Shown here in pieces: positions 19,006 to 28,003 of a stretch of DNA of 64,000 nucleotides; positions within the stretch are counted from its first letter, which is position 1, and the number at the start of each line of letters is the position of its first letter. This stretch comes from an uncultured Methanosarcinales archaeon. Lineage in GTDB: Archaea > Nanobdellota > Nanobdellia > Woesearchaeales > DATDXC01. The stretch spans positions 1 through 64,000 of the forward strand of contig CAZDZV010000003.1 of assembly GCA_964510025.1 (NCBI GenBank), in the 5' to 3' direction. The position numbers were made by a program, and so were the translations under genes. The notes beneath the pieces were generated by a model that did no database searches, had not been told where the DNA came from, and saw nothing but the letters and a program-made list of their open reading frames with translations.

Positions 19006-19488
19006 ATGACAAAAATACAATATATTCCTTATGGGGTCTGGAACACCAGGCGCAGCCGGGGGACAGGCATGGAGCGCAACGAGGTAGGGTCTGGATTGCT
19101 AATCATTTGTAAGGAGACAGATGAAGCTTTCTTAGTAAAACGTAGCTATGCCGGTCAATACTGGACCCTTCCAGGAGGCAAGATGAAGCGGACAGCAAGT
19201 GGAGACTGGGATGATCCGCTAGCCTCTGCTGTTAAACAAGGATTTGAAGAATTACGAGTGTTGCCTGTCGGACGGGTTAGGGCTGATCCATTTTATATAG
19301 AAGATAAAGCAAAGGGTAGATGTTATCATGTATTTGCTTTGGAGGTAAACGAACCAGAAAGAATGAACTATTCTCCGAGACCAAATTGGGAAATCGGCGG
19401 CCATAGGTGGTTCAGCTCAAGACAACTGGGGGCAAGAAGGGATATATATCCTGGCCTTAAACCAGTTATTATAGAAGCGTTGAAATAA
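19006..19488 (+). CDS. NUDIX-fold protein with a degenerate Nudix box
   Basis: GLLI..FLVKRS..WTLPGG...PLASAVKQGFEEL, NWE...RWF, YPGL; TTTATAA promoter at about 18973. Confidence 0.75.
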   Translation: MTKIQYIPYGVWNTRRSRGTGMERNEVGSGLLIICKETDEAFLVKRSYAGQYWTLPGGKMKRTASGDWDDPLASAVKQGFEELRVLPVGRVRADPFYIEDKAKGRCYHVFALEVNEPERMNYSPRPNWEIGGHRWFSSRQLGARRDIYPGLKPVIIEALK

Positions 19489-19489
19489 T

Positions 19490-20455
19490 CTATTTAGCAT
19501 GCGCACTTCCTCTTTCTAACCAATAGTTAATACCTGGTGAGCTTGTTTGTACAGACTCTGGTGTCTGGTTTGTAAGCTGTGCGATCCTCTGATATGCAGT
19601 CTGGACCATCGTATTGTCTGTCCTAAGGAGTTGTTTAACCAGGTCTATTAGTTCGGCCTCATCCACCGTCTCAGTAAAACATCGATTTCCTTCTCTTTCT
19701 GCCATATAAGCGCCGCTCATCGTATTCATAGCACACCTCTTTGCCCTTTCAACAATAGTAAGTCCTGCTGGAGTTATCTGAGTTACTTTCCAGGTCCCTC
19801 CCACAGCTCTGTTTTTTCTAGCATTCATATAAGCGTTTGACAGATAAAAAGTGCATGGAGCTAACTCTAAACCTGTAAAATCTCTTTTCAAAGAATCTAG
19901 ATATTCTTCTGCCAATTCTTTTCCATCACCCATTGCAATATAATGGTAGTCAGTTCCTATTCTCCGTATGCATCTTTCTTCCGGAACATAGAGAATAATC
20001 CCCCTTGTGAATTCCCCCATTTTTTTGTCAAAAAAAACATAAGTTAGAATAGGGTAATCCCCAGGGGATAGTTCACCAACTTGAGAATGCACCTGGCTGA
20101 AAGCCTCTTTAACACCCCTTTCTATGAAGTCATCCAACGAAGCTGAACCTGCTGTCTCATAGACAGGATGTGAAGTGAAATCTCGATTGTTGTCTGGATT
20201 AGAGTGAGTGAGGTCATTCAAGGCATCAATCCAGTTTAGCGCAAACAAAGGCTTTAAACCAGCTTCCATATACCTTGTAAGAGCCTTAGGTTGAGGACTT
20301 TCTACAAAAGCTAAACTGCCATGGAAGTCGGGTGCCCTATAATTGAAAAGTTTGTTGATTCTAGTAGCATCAGTCACTCTTTCCCGAAGTTCAATCCTTC
20401 GATCAACGCCGGCAATAGCTCCACCCCTATATACAGCTACAATATTAATAGACAT
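19490..20455 (-). CDS. divergent proteasome-beta-like Ntn-hydrolase-fold protein (Ser1)
   Basis: After Met removal S1, D17, R19 and K34 match proteasome beta T1/D17/R19/K33; YIAMGDG matches the GSG motif; AVGG...VTQITPAG matches SGG...V.VIT..G. Confidence 0.65.
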   Translation of the reverse strand: MSINIVAVYRGGAIAGVDRRIELRERVTDATRINKLFNYRAPDFHGSLAFVESPQPKALTRYMEAGLKPLFALNWIDALNDLTHSNPDNNRDFTSHPVYETAGSASLDDFIERGVKEAFSQVHSQVGELSPGDYPILTYVFFDKKMGEFTRGIILYVPEERCIRRIGTDYHYIAMGDGKELAEEYLDSLKRDFTGLELAPCTFYLSNAYMNARKNRAVGGTWKVTQITPAGLTIVERAKRCAMNTMSGAYMAEREGNRCFTETVDEAELIDLVKQLLRTDNTMVQTAYQRIAQLTNQTPESVQTSSPGINYWLERGSAHAK

Positions 20456-20506
20456 AACCCTCTAGAATTCTAATTATGTTTAAAAATGTTTCTATTAATC
20501 ACCACT

Positions 20507-21100
20507 TTATAGTGGCATATCTTTTATGACAGTATTCCCTTTGACCTGCACCACTATATCTTCGACACCTTGTCTGTGGCCAGCCCCAGCTGCCATCTTT
20601 AGCTCATGTACTGCCTCTGTAGCCCACCTATGGGCAACTGCCAGGGCGTTTAAATACGCTGCGTCAACTGGATGACCTTCATCCAACTGGGTAAAAACAT
20701 ACCTTAGTACTTCATCCTCTGAGGGTACATAGATCCTATTGCTTGTATCTGATGTCCTAACCATAGCGCCAGGAACAGAGGCAGCCAACTCTTGCAAAGC
20801 CTTGGTGCCTCGCTGACCGAACCTATTGGGGAAAGCCAGATCCGCTATATTAAAGTGTCCAGTTAAGTAGTGATGTTCCTCTCCAGCTGGTTCTAGCCTT
20901 CTAACTCCAGGATGTTGGCTTGGAAATTCAATAAGAATTGGGTATGATCCATGTTGGGCTGCTTTTAATACAGCTCTTTCTGCACAATAATCAGGGCTAA
21001 ATCCCACCATGATATCTCTTGGAGAGTATCTGCCGGTATTATCCACCTGTCCACAGACATATGCGCTATTGGAACCGTGGTATAATTGTATCCTAACCAC
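20507..21100 (-). CDS. hypothetical protein, ADP-ribosyltransferase-like
   Basis: N-terminal LYHGS, then VGFSPD..A..A, PILIEF and EEHHY, a spacing typical of HYE-type ART folds; GTG start. Confidence 0.5.
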   Translation of the reverse strand: MVRIQLYHGSNSAYVCGQVDNTGRYSPRDIMVGFSPDYCAERAVLKAAQHGSYPILIEFPSQHPGVRRLEPAGEEHHYLTGHFNIADLAFPNRFGQRGTKALQELAASVPGAMVRTSDTSNRIYVPSEDEVLRYVFTQLDEGHPVDAAYLNALAVAHRWATEAVHELKMAAGAGHRQGVEDIVVQVKGNTVIKDMPL

Positions 21101-21175
21101 CTTTAATTATAATTTATATAAATTATAAATTATATTACTGTATTTTCTTAATCATATATAAGTTTTTTTGTCAAA

Positions 21176-21224
21176 ATTAGTAATATTTATAAAAAATGAC
21201 TAATTAATAATAGAAATGACTAAT
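21176..21224. promoter_or_regulatory. three 9-bp boxes at 20-bp spacing around the TATA box of the ACT regulator gene
   Basis: ATTAGTAAT (21176, inverted), ATGACTAAT (21196), ATGACTAAT (21216); TTTATAAA lies between the first two. Confidence 0.5.
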
Positions 21225-21866
21225 ATAACACAGGATGTTCGTGATTTTCTCAATAAAAATCCTTTTATTGTAAAAGGGCTTGATTCTAAGATAACCAATA
21301 TCAGGGCATTGTCATCCTATATTCTAAAGGAATCAGGCATCAATGCATCTTTGCATGCTGTAATGTCTGCTGTCAGAAGGTTTGAAAAGGAACAAGAATC
21401 TAGCGAGAAGCCAGATGTCGATGCTGTTTTTCAGGATTCTAAGATCTCGACAAAGTCAAGGCTGCTTATGATCACAGTGCAGAGGCACTTCAATGTTCTT
21501 AAGAATATACTCCCGGATATCCTTGACAGCATACATGTATCAAAAGGGGATGTTTTGAGGATAGTTGAGGGAAGGGAGTCTATGAAGTTTGTCATCGACC
21601 ATTCCAAGAAAAAAGAGGTTATAAGGCTGATACCCAAGGATGAGATAGTAGAAGTCCAGGAAAACCTGGGAGAAATCAATATCCACCTGTCTGATAGGTA
21701 CGGAGATATGCCCGGGCTTATCTCACCCATCATGAATGAACTTGCCGTAAACAACATCAACATAAACGAGGTTATCGGATGCATGCCTGAGCTTATACTT
21801 ATCGTGAAGGAAGATGATATATCACAGGCACATGATGCCCTGCTTAGATTTTTTTATACAAAATAA
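21216..21866 (+). CDS. HTH plus ACT-domain regulatory protein
   Basis: N-terminal NIRALSSYI...HAVMSAVRR; C-terminal ACT PGLIS.I..ELA.NNINI.EV. Confidence 0.82.
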   Translation: MTNITQDVRDFLNKNPFIVKGLDSKITNIRALSSYILKESGINASLHAVMSAVRRFEKEQESSEKPDVDAVFQDSKISTKSRLLMITVQRHFNVLKNILPDILDSIHVSKGDVLRIVEGRESMKFVIDHSKKKEVIRLIPKDEIVEVQENLGEINIHLSDRYGDMPGLISPIMNELAVNNININEVIGCMPELILIVKEDDISQAHDALLRFFYTK

Positions 21867-21926
21867 CTTTGATGCTATTCAAAATTATGGGAATGTTTTT
21901 AAAAAGACAATATATCCTATAGGAAC

Positions 21927-22496
21927 ATGGCAAAAGAAAAGTTTGTCCTGGTGAGTCTGCAGGAAAACAAGGCCAAGGAGTTAGCTCAGGTGATCTCAAA
22001 TGAAAGCTGCAGGAAGATCCTGGATTATCTGGCAGACAAGGATGCCACAGAATCTGAGCTTGCTGAGAAGCTGAATATACCTATCAGCACGGTCCACTAC
22101 AACCTCAAGCATCTTGTGGATGGCGGCCTGGTCAGTGTTGAGGAATTCCATTATTCCAAAAAAGGAAAGGAGGTCAACCATTATAAGCTGGCCAACAAGT
22201 ATATAATAATAGCCCCAAAAACCACTTATGGAATAAAAGAGAAGTTGAGGTCTATCCTGCCTGTCGGCCTACTAGCCTTGGCTGGAGCAGGAGCTATCCA
22301 CCTTTATAACCAGAATATTACAAAGGCTACGCCAGAGCAAGTCATGAGAGCAGCTGCACCTATGATGGAGAAAGCTAACGCTCTTGGTCTAGCTACAGAG
22401 GCAGTAAAGCCGAACTACGCTGCCTGGTTCCTATACGGCTGTCTTTTTGTAATCCTTTTGATAGTCATTTTTGAACTGCTTAAAAAGAATAAATAG
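21927..22496 (+). CDS. ArsR-family wHTH transcription regulator with two C-terminal TM helices
   Basis: KELAQVISNESCRKILDYL, TESELA..L.IPISTVHYNL..L..GGLV, SKKG.EV..Y; two hydrophobic segments. Confidence 0.88.
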   Translation: MAKEKFVLVSLQENKAKELAQVISNESCRKILDYLADKDATESELAEKLNIPISTVHYNLKHLVDGGLVSVEEFHYSKKGKEVNHYKLANKYIIIAPKTTYGIKEKLRSILPVGLLALAGAGAIHLYNQNITKATPEQVMRAAAPMMEKANALGLATEAVKPNYAAWFLYGCLFVILLIVIFELLKKNK

Positions 22497-22504
22497 ACGG
22501 ATAC

Positions 22505-23143
22505 ATGAAAATGAAACAAATAATCTTTTATATGGTTTTTGTTCTAGCGCTAGCTGGCTGCCAACGGATCTCAGATGACAAGCTCAGCTATACTGTTGGA
22601 GGATGTAATGAGGATAACTGGATAAGGGCCAAAGGTGAGCCCCAATTTCAGGTGGATATTGGCGATAGCATTTCCATCAAGCAGAAGCAGCCATATGTCT
22701 GCTGCGCAGAAATAAAGGTACATTATGAGGTTGAAGACAGCACAGTGAATATATATGAAGATAATGAAGGGGAGATATGCAAGTGCATGTGCAGCTATGA
22801 TATAGATATCCAAATAAATGAGCCAGATATCGATAGAGTCAAGGTCTACGGAATAAAATACGAAGGCTATGAATATGAGCTGCTATATGATTCTAAGAAC
22901 CTAGATATGGCGGCTGAATGCAGCAATGCTGATGATTGCGTAAGGGGAGGCTGTTCCGGGACGGTCTGCCAGGCAAAAACAGCTGAGCCGACATTTACAA
23001 CATGCGAATACGAGCCCCAATTCGAATGCTACACCATGATAGAATGCGGCTGCGTACAAGGTCAATGCCAGTGGCAAAAGACAGAAGAATTCAATTCCTG
23101 CGTAAAGGAAAAGTCTTCTGAACCAACGCCGACAGTCGGCTGA
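22505..23143 (+). CDS. lipoprotein with eight-cysteine-cluster domain
   Basis: Lipobox LAGC; CC and CxC in the first domain; C..DC..GGCSG.VC...TTCEY...C....CGC..G.C.W. Confidence 0.85.
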   Translation: MKMKQIIFYMVFVLALAGCQRISDDKLSYTVGGCNEDNWIRAKGEPQFQVDIGDSISIKQKQPYVCCAEIKVHYEVEDSTVNIYEDNEGEICKCMCSYDIDIQINEPDIDRVKVYGIKYEGYEYELLYDSKNLDMAAECSNADDCVRGGCSGTVCQAKTAEPTFTTCEYEPQFECYTMIECGCVQGQCQWQKTEEFNSCVKEKSSEPTPTVG

Positions 23144-23177
23144 ATTGGCAAGATTTTTAAATTTAAGATATTTCTGA

Positions 23178-23684
23178 ATGCCTATGGCAGCCATTATCGT
23201 AACAGGCTCTGTAGGCACCGGAAAAACTACACTCAGCAAGAAGCTTGCAAAACAATTAGGTTTTAGATATATAGATGTAAACATGCTCATCAAGGAACAA
23301 AGGCTTGCAAGCGGCTACGACAAAAAAAGAAGGTGTAAGATAATTGACATTAAGAAACTGAACAAAGAGCTTATCAAGCTGCTGAAAAATGATGTGGTGG
23401 TGGATTCTCACCTTAGCCATTACCTGCCCTCAAAACATGTTGATTTATGCATTGTCACGAAATGCAAGATAAAAGAGCTGCACAAGAGGCTTAAGAAGAG
23501 AAGATATCCAAAAGAAAAAATAAGGGAGAACCTGGACTGTGAGATATTCGATGTCTGCTTAACAGAAGCTATGCAATACAGCCATAATATATTTGTTATA
23601 GATACAACAAAAGGATTAAATACAGATAAAATTTCAAAACAGCTGGAGGAGAGGCTAGATGAATCCGCAGGCAGAAGAACTTAA
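23178..23684 (+). CDS. adenylate kinase AK6/Fap7 family
   Basis: TGSVGTGKTT, DSHLSH, RL.KR.Y..KI.EN..CEI. Confidence 0.92.
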   Translation: MPMAAIIVTGSVGTGKTTLSKKLAKQLGFRYIDVNMLIKEQRLASGYDKKRRCKIIDIKKLNKELIKLLKNDVVVDSHLSHYLPSKHVDLCIVTKCKIKELHKRLKKRRYPKEKIRENLDCEIFDVCLTEAMQYSHNIFVIDTTKGLNTDKISKQLEERLDESAGRRT

Positions 23685-24939
23685 TGAAATCATAAAGCAA
23701 AGCAATCCGGCTATATATGAGCTTCTTGCTGAGAAGGGAAGAAACATATTTTTTCCCAAGAAGGGGATATTGAGCCAGGCAGGTGCTGCAAAAGGAAAAA
23801 AGATAAATGCCACTATAGGGATCGCTCTAGAGGAAGACGGAAGCCCGATGAGGCTCAAAAGCATTGCGAAAAAGATCAAACTGGAGCCAGGAGAAGTCTT
23901 TCCATATGCTCCCAGCTACGGCAAGCCTGAACTAAGGAATAAATGGAAAGAAATGATCTTTGATAAGAATCCGGGCTTAAAGGGCAAGCAGGTAAGCCTT
24001 CCGGTTGTTACAAATGCGCTTACACATGGATTAAGCATGCTCGGTTACCTGTTCGTCAACCAAGGTGATACCATAATCCTGCCAGATAAATTTTGGGGCA
24101 ACTACAAACTTATATTCATCAATGGACATGGTGCAAAACTGGATAGCTTTGATACATTTAAGGGCCAAGGATTTAATGTGGAGGGTCTGAAGGAAAAACT
24201 TGATACAGAAACCGGTAAGAAGATAATACTCCTAAATTTTCCAAATAATCCGACAGGATATACCCCACTGGAAACGGAAGTGCCGGAAATAAAGAAAATA
24301 ATACTGGAAGCTGCTCAGAAAGGCAATAAGATTCTGGTCATTATTGATGATGCGTATTTTGGCCTTGTATACAGAAAAAATGTCTATAAGGAGTCTATCT
24401 TCTCTGAACTGGCAGATCTGCATGAAAATGTCTTAGCAGTCAAGGTAGATGGCGCCACCAAAGAAGACTATGTCTGGGGGTTAAGGGTAGGCTTCCTGAC
24501 CTTTGGCATTAAAGGAGGTACAGAAGAGTCGTATAAGGCCCTGGAAAGCAAGGCAGCAGGCGCTATCAGGGGCAACATATCTAATGATTCGCATCTTAGC
24601 CAGAGCCTAGTATACCATGCTTTTGGCGAGCCAAGATACCAAAGTGAAAAAAAGAAGAAATATGATATTCTGAAAAAAAGATATAAAGAGGTCGAGAGAA
24701 TTTTGAAGGAGCATAAGGAATACAGGGATGAGTTTTTGCCTTTGCCGCATAATTCCGGATATTTTATGTGTATCCAGCCAGTGAAGGATGCAGAAAAGAT
24801 AAGGCAAATACTGCTGGAAAAATATGACACCGGCGTGATTGCTGCCGGAGGCTTAATCAGGGTAGCCTTCTCTTCTGTTCCCAAGCAACAGCTCGCGGAG
24901 CTTTATGAGAATATATACAGGGCCTGTAAATGCATATAG
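23659..24939 (+). CDS. class I/II PLP-dependent aminotransferase (bacterial aspartate-aminotransferase-like)
   Basis: NATIG, NFPNNPTGYTP, DDAYFGL, DGATKE..WGLRVG. Confidence 0.92.
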   Translation: MNPQAEELNEIIKQSNPAIYELLAEKGRNIFFPKKGILSQAGAAKGKKINATIGIALEEDGSPMRLKSIAKKIKLEPGEVFPYAPSYGKPELRNKWKEMIFDKNPGLKGKQVSLPVVTNALTHGLSMLGYLFVNQGDTIILPDKFWGNYKLIFINGHGAKLDSFDTFKGQGFNVEGLKEKLDTETGKKIILLNFPNNPTGYTPLETEVPEIKKIILEAAQKGNKILVIIDDAYFGLVYRKNVYKESIFSELADLHENVLAVKVDGATKEDYVWGLRVGFLTFGIKGGTEESYKALESKAAGAIRGNISNDSHLSQSLVYHAFGEPRYQSEKKKKYDILKKRYKEVERILKEHKEYRDEFLPLPHNSGYFMCIQPVKDAEKIRQILLEKYDTGVIAAGGLIRVAFSSVPKQQLAELYENIYRACKCI

Positions 24940-25023
24940 GGACAGATTTCTTCAAATAGTTATTATTGCAACAGAATTTTTTTAAATAAACAATAGGCTT
25001 CTATTCAGAAACGGAGGGTAAAA

Positions 25024-26871
25024 ATGGACAAAATAGACGAGAAGAACATGGCTAAACTTAGAGCCCTGAATAACCCAAAGGTTATAGATATTGTTGAAAA
25101 ATATATCAAGCACTGCAAGCCTGCGAAAGTAACTGTCATAACAGATTCCAAGGAAGATATCGATTATGTCAGGCAATTATCCATAAAACTCGGAGAAGAA
25201 TCAAAACTTGCCATGGATGGACACACAATCCATTACGACGGTTATTACGACCAGGCAAGAGACAAGGAAAACACAAAAGTACTGCTTCCGGAAGGGAAAA
25301 AGGTAAGCAGTTTCATAAAAACAGAAGAAAGGGAAAAGGGACTGAAAGAAGTGCTGGGCTTCCTAGAAGGGGCTATGGAAGGAAAGGAGATGCTCATATG
25401 CTTTTTCTGTCTAGGCCCGAACAACTCAAGATTCTCTATTCCGGCACTGCAGCTTACAGATTCCACGTATGTTGCTCACAGCGAGACAATCCTCTACAGG
25501 CCGGGATACCGGGAGTTCATGAAATTGAACGGTTCAGATAAGTTCTTCTATTTTGTGCATTCAGCCGGAGAGCTTGATGACAGAAACAACACCAAAAATA
25601 TAGAGAAAAGAAGAGTATATATCGACCTTCAGGAAAACAGAGTCTTTACTGTGAATAACCAATATGCCGGGAACAGCGTCGGACTTAAGAAGCTGGCACT
25701 GAGGCTTGCTATCAACAAAGCCCATAAAGAGGACTGGTTATGCGAACATATGTTTGTCATGGGAGTCAGACCGGAAGGAAAGAACAGGGTGACTTATTTT
25801 ACAGGGGCCTATCCTTCTGCATGCGGGAAAACCTCTACAGCCATGATACCGGGGCAGTCCATAATAGGGGATGACATCGCCTATATAAAAGAGGGCGAAG
25901 ACGGCCAGGCTTATGCAGTGAACGTAGAGCAGGGGATCTTCGGGATAATAAAGGACGTAAATTCTGATGATGATCCCATAATCTACAGGGCGCTGACCAC
26001 ACCTAGGGAACTGATATTCTCCAATGTCCTTGTCGTAGATGGAAAGCCTTACTGGCTGGGGATGGGCAAGGAGCTGCCTGACAAGGGGGTAAATTTTGCA
26101 GGAGAGTGGCACAAAGGCATGAAAGGTCCGGATGGCAATGAGATTCCTGCTGCCCATAAAAATGCCAGATACACAATAAGAATCAATGAGCTTGATAATG
26201 CTGATCCCAAAGCTGATGATCCGGACGGAGTGCCTATTGGCGGTTTCATCTACGGTGGCAGGGATTCAGATACAACTGTCCCTGTTTTTGAGTCGCTTTC
26301 CTGGTCTCATGGAGTATATGTCGGATCCATTGTAGAGTCAGAGACAACCGCTGCAACATTGGGCGAAGCAGGGGTGAGAAAGCACAATCCGATGGCAAAT
26401 CTGGATTTTTTGGTGGTCCCATTAGGACTCTACATAAAGAACCATCTTGCATTTGGCGATGACCTTGATAAGCCACCAAAGGTATTCCATACAAACTATT
26501 TTCTTAAAGAGGACGGGAAATACCTCAACGGCATGCTTGATAAGAAAGTATGGCTGCTCTGGATGGATGGCAGAGTCAACAGCGAATTTGATGCCATCGA
26601 AACGCCTACTGGATTTATTCCGAAATTTGAAGATCTAAAAAGGCTTTTCAAAGAACTGCTTGACAAAGAGTATACCAAAGAAGACTACGAGAAGCAGTTC
26701 TCCATAAGGGTCGGGAAGCTGTTGGGCAAGCTGGAGAGGATGAAAGGCGTTTTCGAAGCAGAGGATGATATACCTGAAACCTTTAACAAGCATCTGAAGC
26801 AGGAAGAGGCACGGCTGAAGGAAGCTATGGAGAAGCATGGCGAGATGATTAGCCCTTTTGATTTGGAGTAA
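25024..26871 (+). CDS. pckG: phosphoenolpyruvate carboxykinase (GTP)
   Basis: YAGNS.G.KK, WL.EHM, AYPSACGKTSTAM, GDDIAY, AHKNARY, GGRD. Confidence 0.96.
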   Translation: MDKIDEKNMAKLRALNNPKVIDIVEKYIKHCKPAKVTVITDSKEDIDYVRQLSIKLGEESKLAMDGHTIHYDGYYDQARDKENTKVLLPEGKKVSSFIKTEEREKGLKEVLGFLEGAMEGKEMLICFFCLGPNNSRFSIPALQLTDSTYVAHSETILYRPGYREFMKLNGSDKFFYFVHSAGELDDRNNTKNIEKRRVYIDLQENRVFTVNNQYAGNSVGLKKLALRLAINKAHKEDWLCEHMFVMGVRPEGKNRVTYFTGAYPSACGKTSTAMIPGQSIIGDDIAYIKEGEDGQAYAVNVEQGIFGIIKDVNSDDDPIIYRALTTPRELIFSNVLVVDGKPYWLGMGKELPDKGVNFAGEWHKGMKGPDGNEIPAAHKNARYTIRINELDNADPKADDPDGVPIGGFIYGGRDSDTTVPVFESLSWSHGVYVGSIVESETTAATLGEAGVRKHNPMANLDFLVVPLGLYIKNHLAFGDDLDKPPKVFHTNYFLKEDGKYLNGMLDKKVWLLWMDGRVNSEFDAIETPTGFIPKFEDLKRLFKELLDKEYTKEDYEKQFSIRVGKLLGKLERMKGVFEAEDDIPETFNKHLKQEEARLKEAMEKHGEMISPFDLE

Positions 26872-26902
26872 ATTTATATATCCTTTCTATTTTTTTGTGT
26901 TT

Positions 26903-28003
26903 ATGAAGAAAAGCCTGTCTGGTCTAGAGATTATGTATATACTCAAAGAGCTGGGCATAGTTGAAGGTTCTAGAATAGATAAAATATACCACCCAGACAA
27001 AAAGACCCTGCTTCTGCAGTTCCATGTAACCGGCAAGGGCAAGCATATATTGAAGATTATTGCAGGAAAGTTTATCTTTTTCACAGAAAGCAAGCAGGAC
27101 CAAGAAGAGCCGTCTGGATTTTGCATGTTCCTGAGAAAACATATGGGGAACACACGGCTGAGATCCATTACGCAGCTTGAATCTGAGAGGATAGTCAGGC
27201 TGGAATTCGAGGGTAAGGAGAAGAATGTCACATTGATCGCGGAACTGTTTGGCCAAGGCAACATATTGCTGCTGGAAAAAGGGATTATCCTTTCAGGAGT
27301 TGACTATCAGAAATTCAAAGACAGAGAGATAAGACCGAATGTCAGGTATGAGTATCCCAGGCAGCCTATAAATATCTTCAATCTGGAGAGGAAAACAGCA
27401 GAAGCTATCCTTCGAAATTCAGAAATGGAGAGCTTGGTCAAAAGTCTTGCTATAGAGTTCGGTTTTGGGGGGCTATACGCAGAAGAGATCTGCCTCAAGG
27501 CTGGGGTAGACAAAAATGAAAAACCAGGAAATGTTCAGACTGAAAAAATATTGGGGACCATCAGGGTACTTCTAGACAAGGAGACAGAGGCAGGTATTGT
27601 CTACAAAGGAGAGGCTTTTGATGCAGTTCCATTCAAGCTGGATGTCTATAAAAACCTGGAGTTTAGGCGCTTCCCGAGCTTCAGCAAGGCAATCGACCAC
27701 TTCCTTGAAATACACAGGGAAACTAGGAAAACACCCAAAGAGATAAGGATAGAGAAAGTAATGAACATAATAAGGAACCAGGAAAATAAGATAGAGGAGC
27801 TTAAAGAAAAAGAGATCAAGGAAAGGGATAAAGCTGAGGCAATATACCAAAACTACAAGACTGTCGATGAGATCCTAACAGAGATAAAAAGAGCATCCAA
27901 AAAATATTCATGGAACGAAATCAAGAAAAAACTAAAAGGACATAAGATAATAAAGTCAGTGAACACAAAAGATAAAAAAATCGTAGTCAGTCTTCAGGAA
28001 TAA
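26903..28003 (+). CDS. NFACT/Rqc2 (RqcH) N-terminal portion only
   Basis: RIDKIY, PSGFCMFLRK, Q...ERIV, LIAELF.QGN.LL, GGLYAEEIC; ends after the coiled coil with no NFACT-R domain. Confidence 0.85.
   Translation: MKKSLSGLEIMYILKELGIVEGSRIDKIYHPDKKTLLLQFHVTGKGKHILKIIAGKFIFFTESKQDQEEPSGFCMFLRKHMGNTRLRSITQLESERIVRLEFEGKEKNVTLIAELFGQGNILLLEKGIILSGVDYQKFKDREIRPNVRYEYPRQPINIFNLERKTAEAILRNSEMESLVKSLAIEFGFGGLYAEEICLKAGVDKNEKPGNVQTEKILGTIRVLLDKETEAGIVYKGEAFDAVPFKLDVYKNLEFRRFPSFSKAIDHFLEIHRETRKTPKEIRIEKVMNIIRNQENKIEELKEKEIKERDKAEAIYQNYKTVDEILTEIKRASKKYSWNEIKKKLKGHKIIKSVNTKDKKIVVSLQE

Noticed and set aside
18990..21110. Mobile element or provirus explanation for the orphan island
   Set aside because: No integrase, transposase, terminal repeats or flanking tRNA/att duplication seen.
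21107..21128. 22-bp perfect palindrome TTATAATTTATATAAATTATAA before the ART-like gene
   Set aside because: It is purely A/T inside a very AT-rich spacer and may arise by chance; not enough to call an operator.
21868..21883. TTTGA-N6-TCAAA inverted repeat upstream of the ArsR-like gene
   Set aside because: The arms are only 5 bp, too weak without comparative data.
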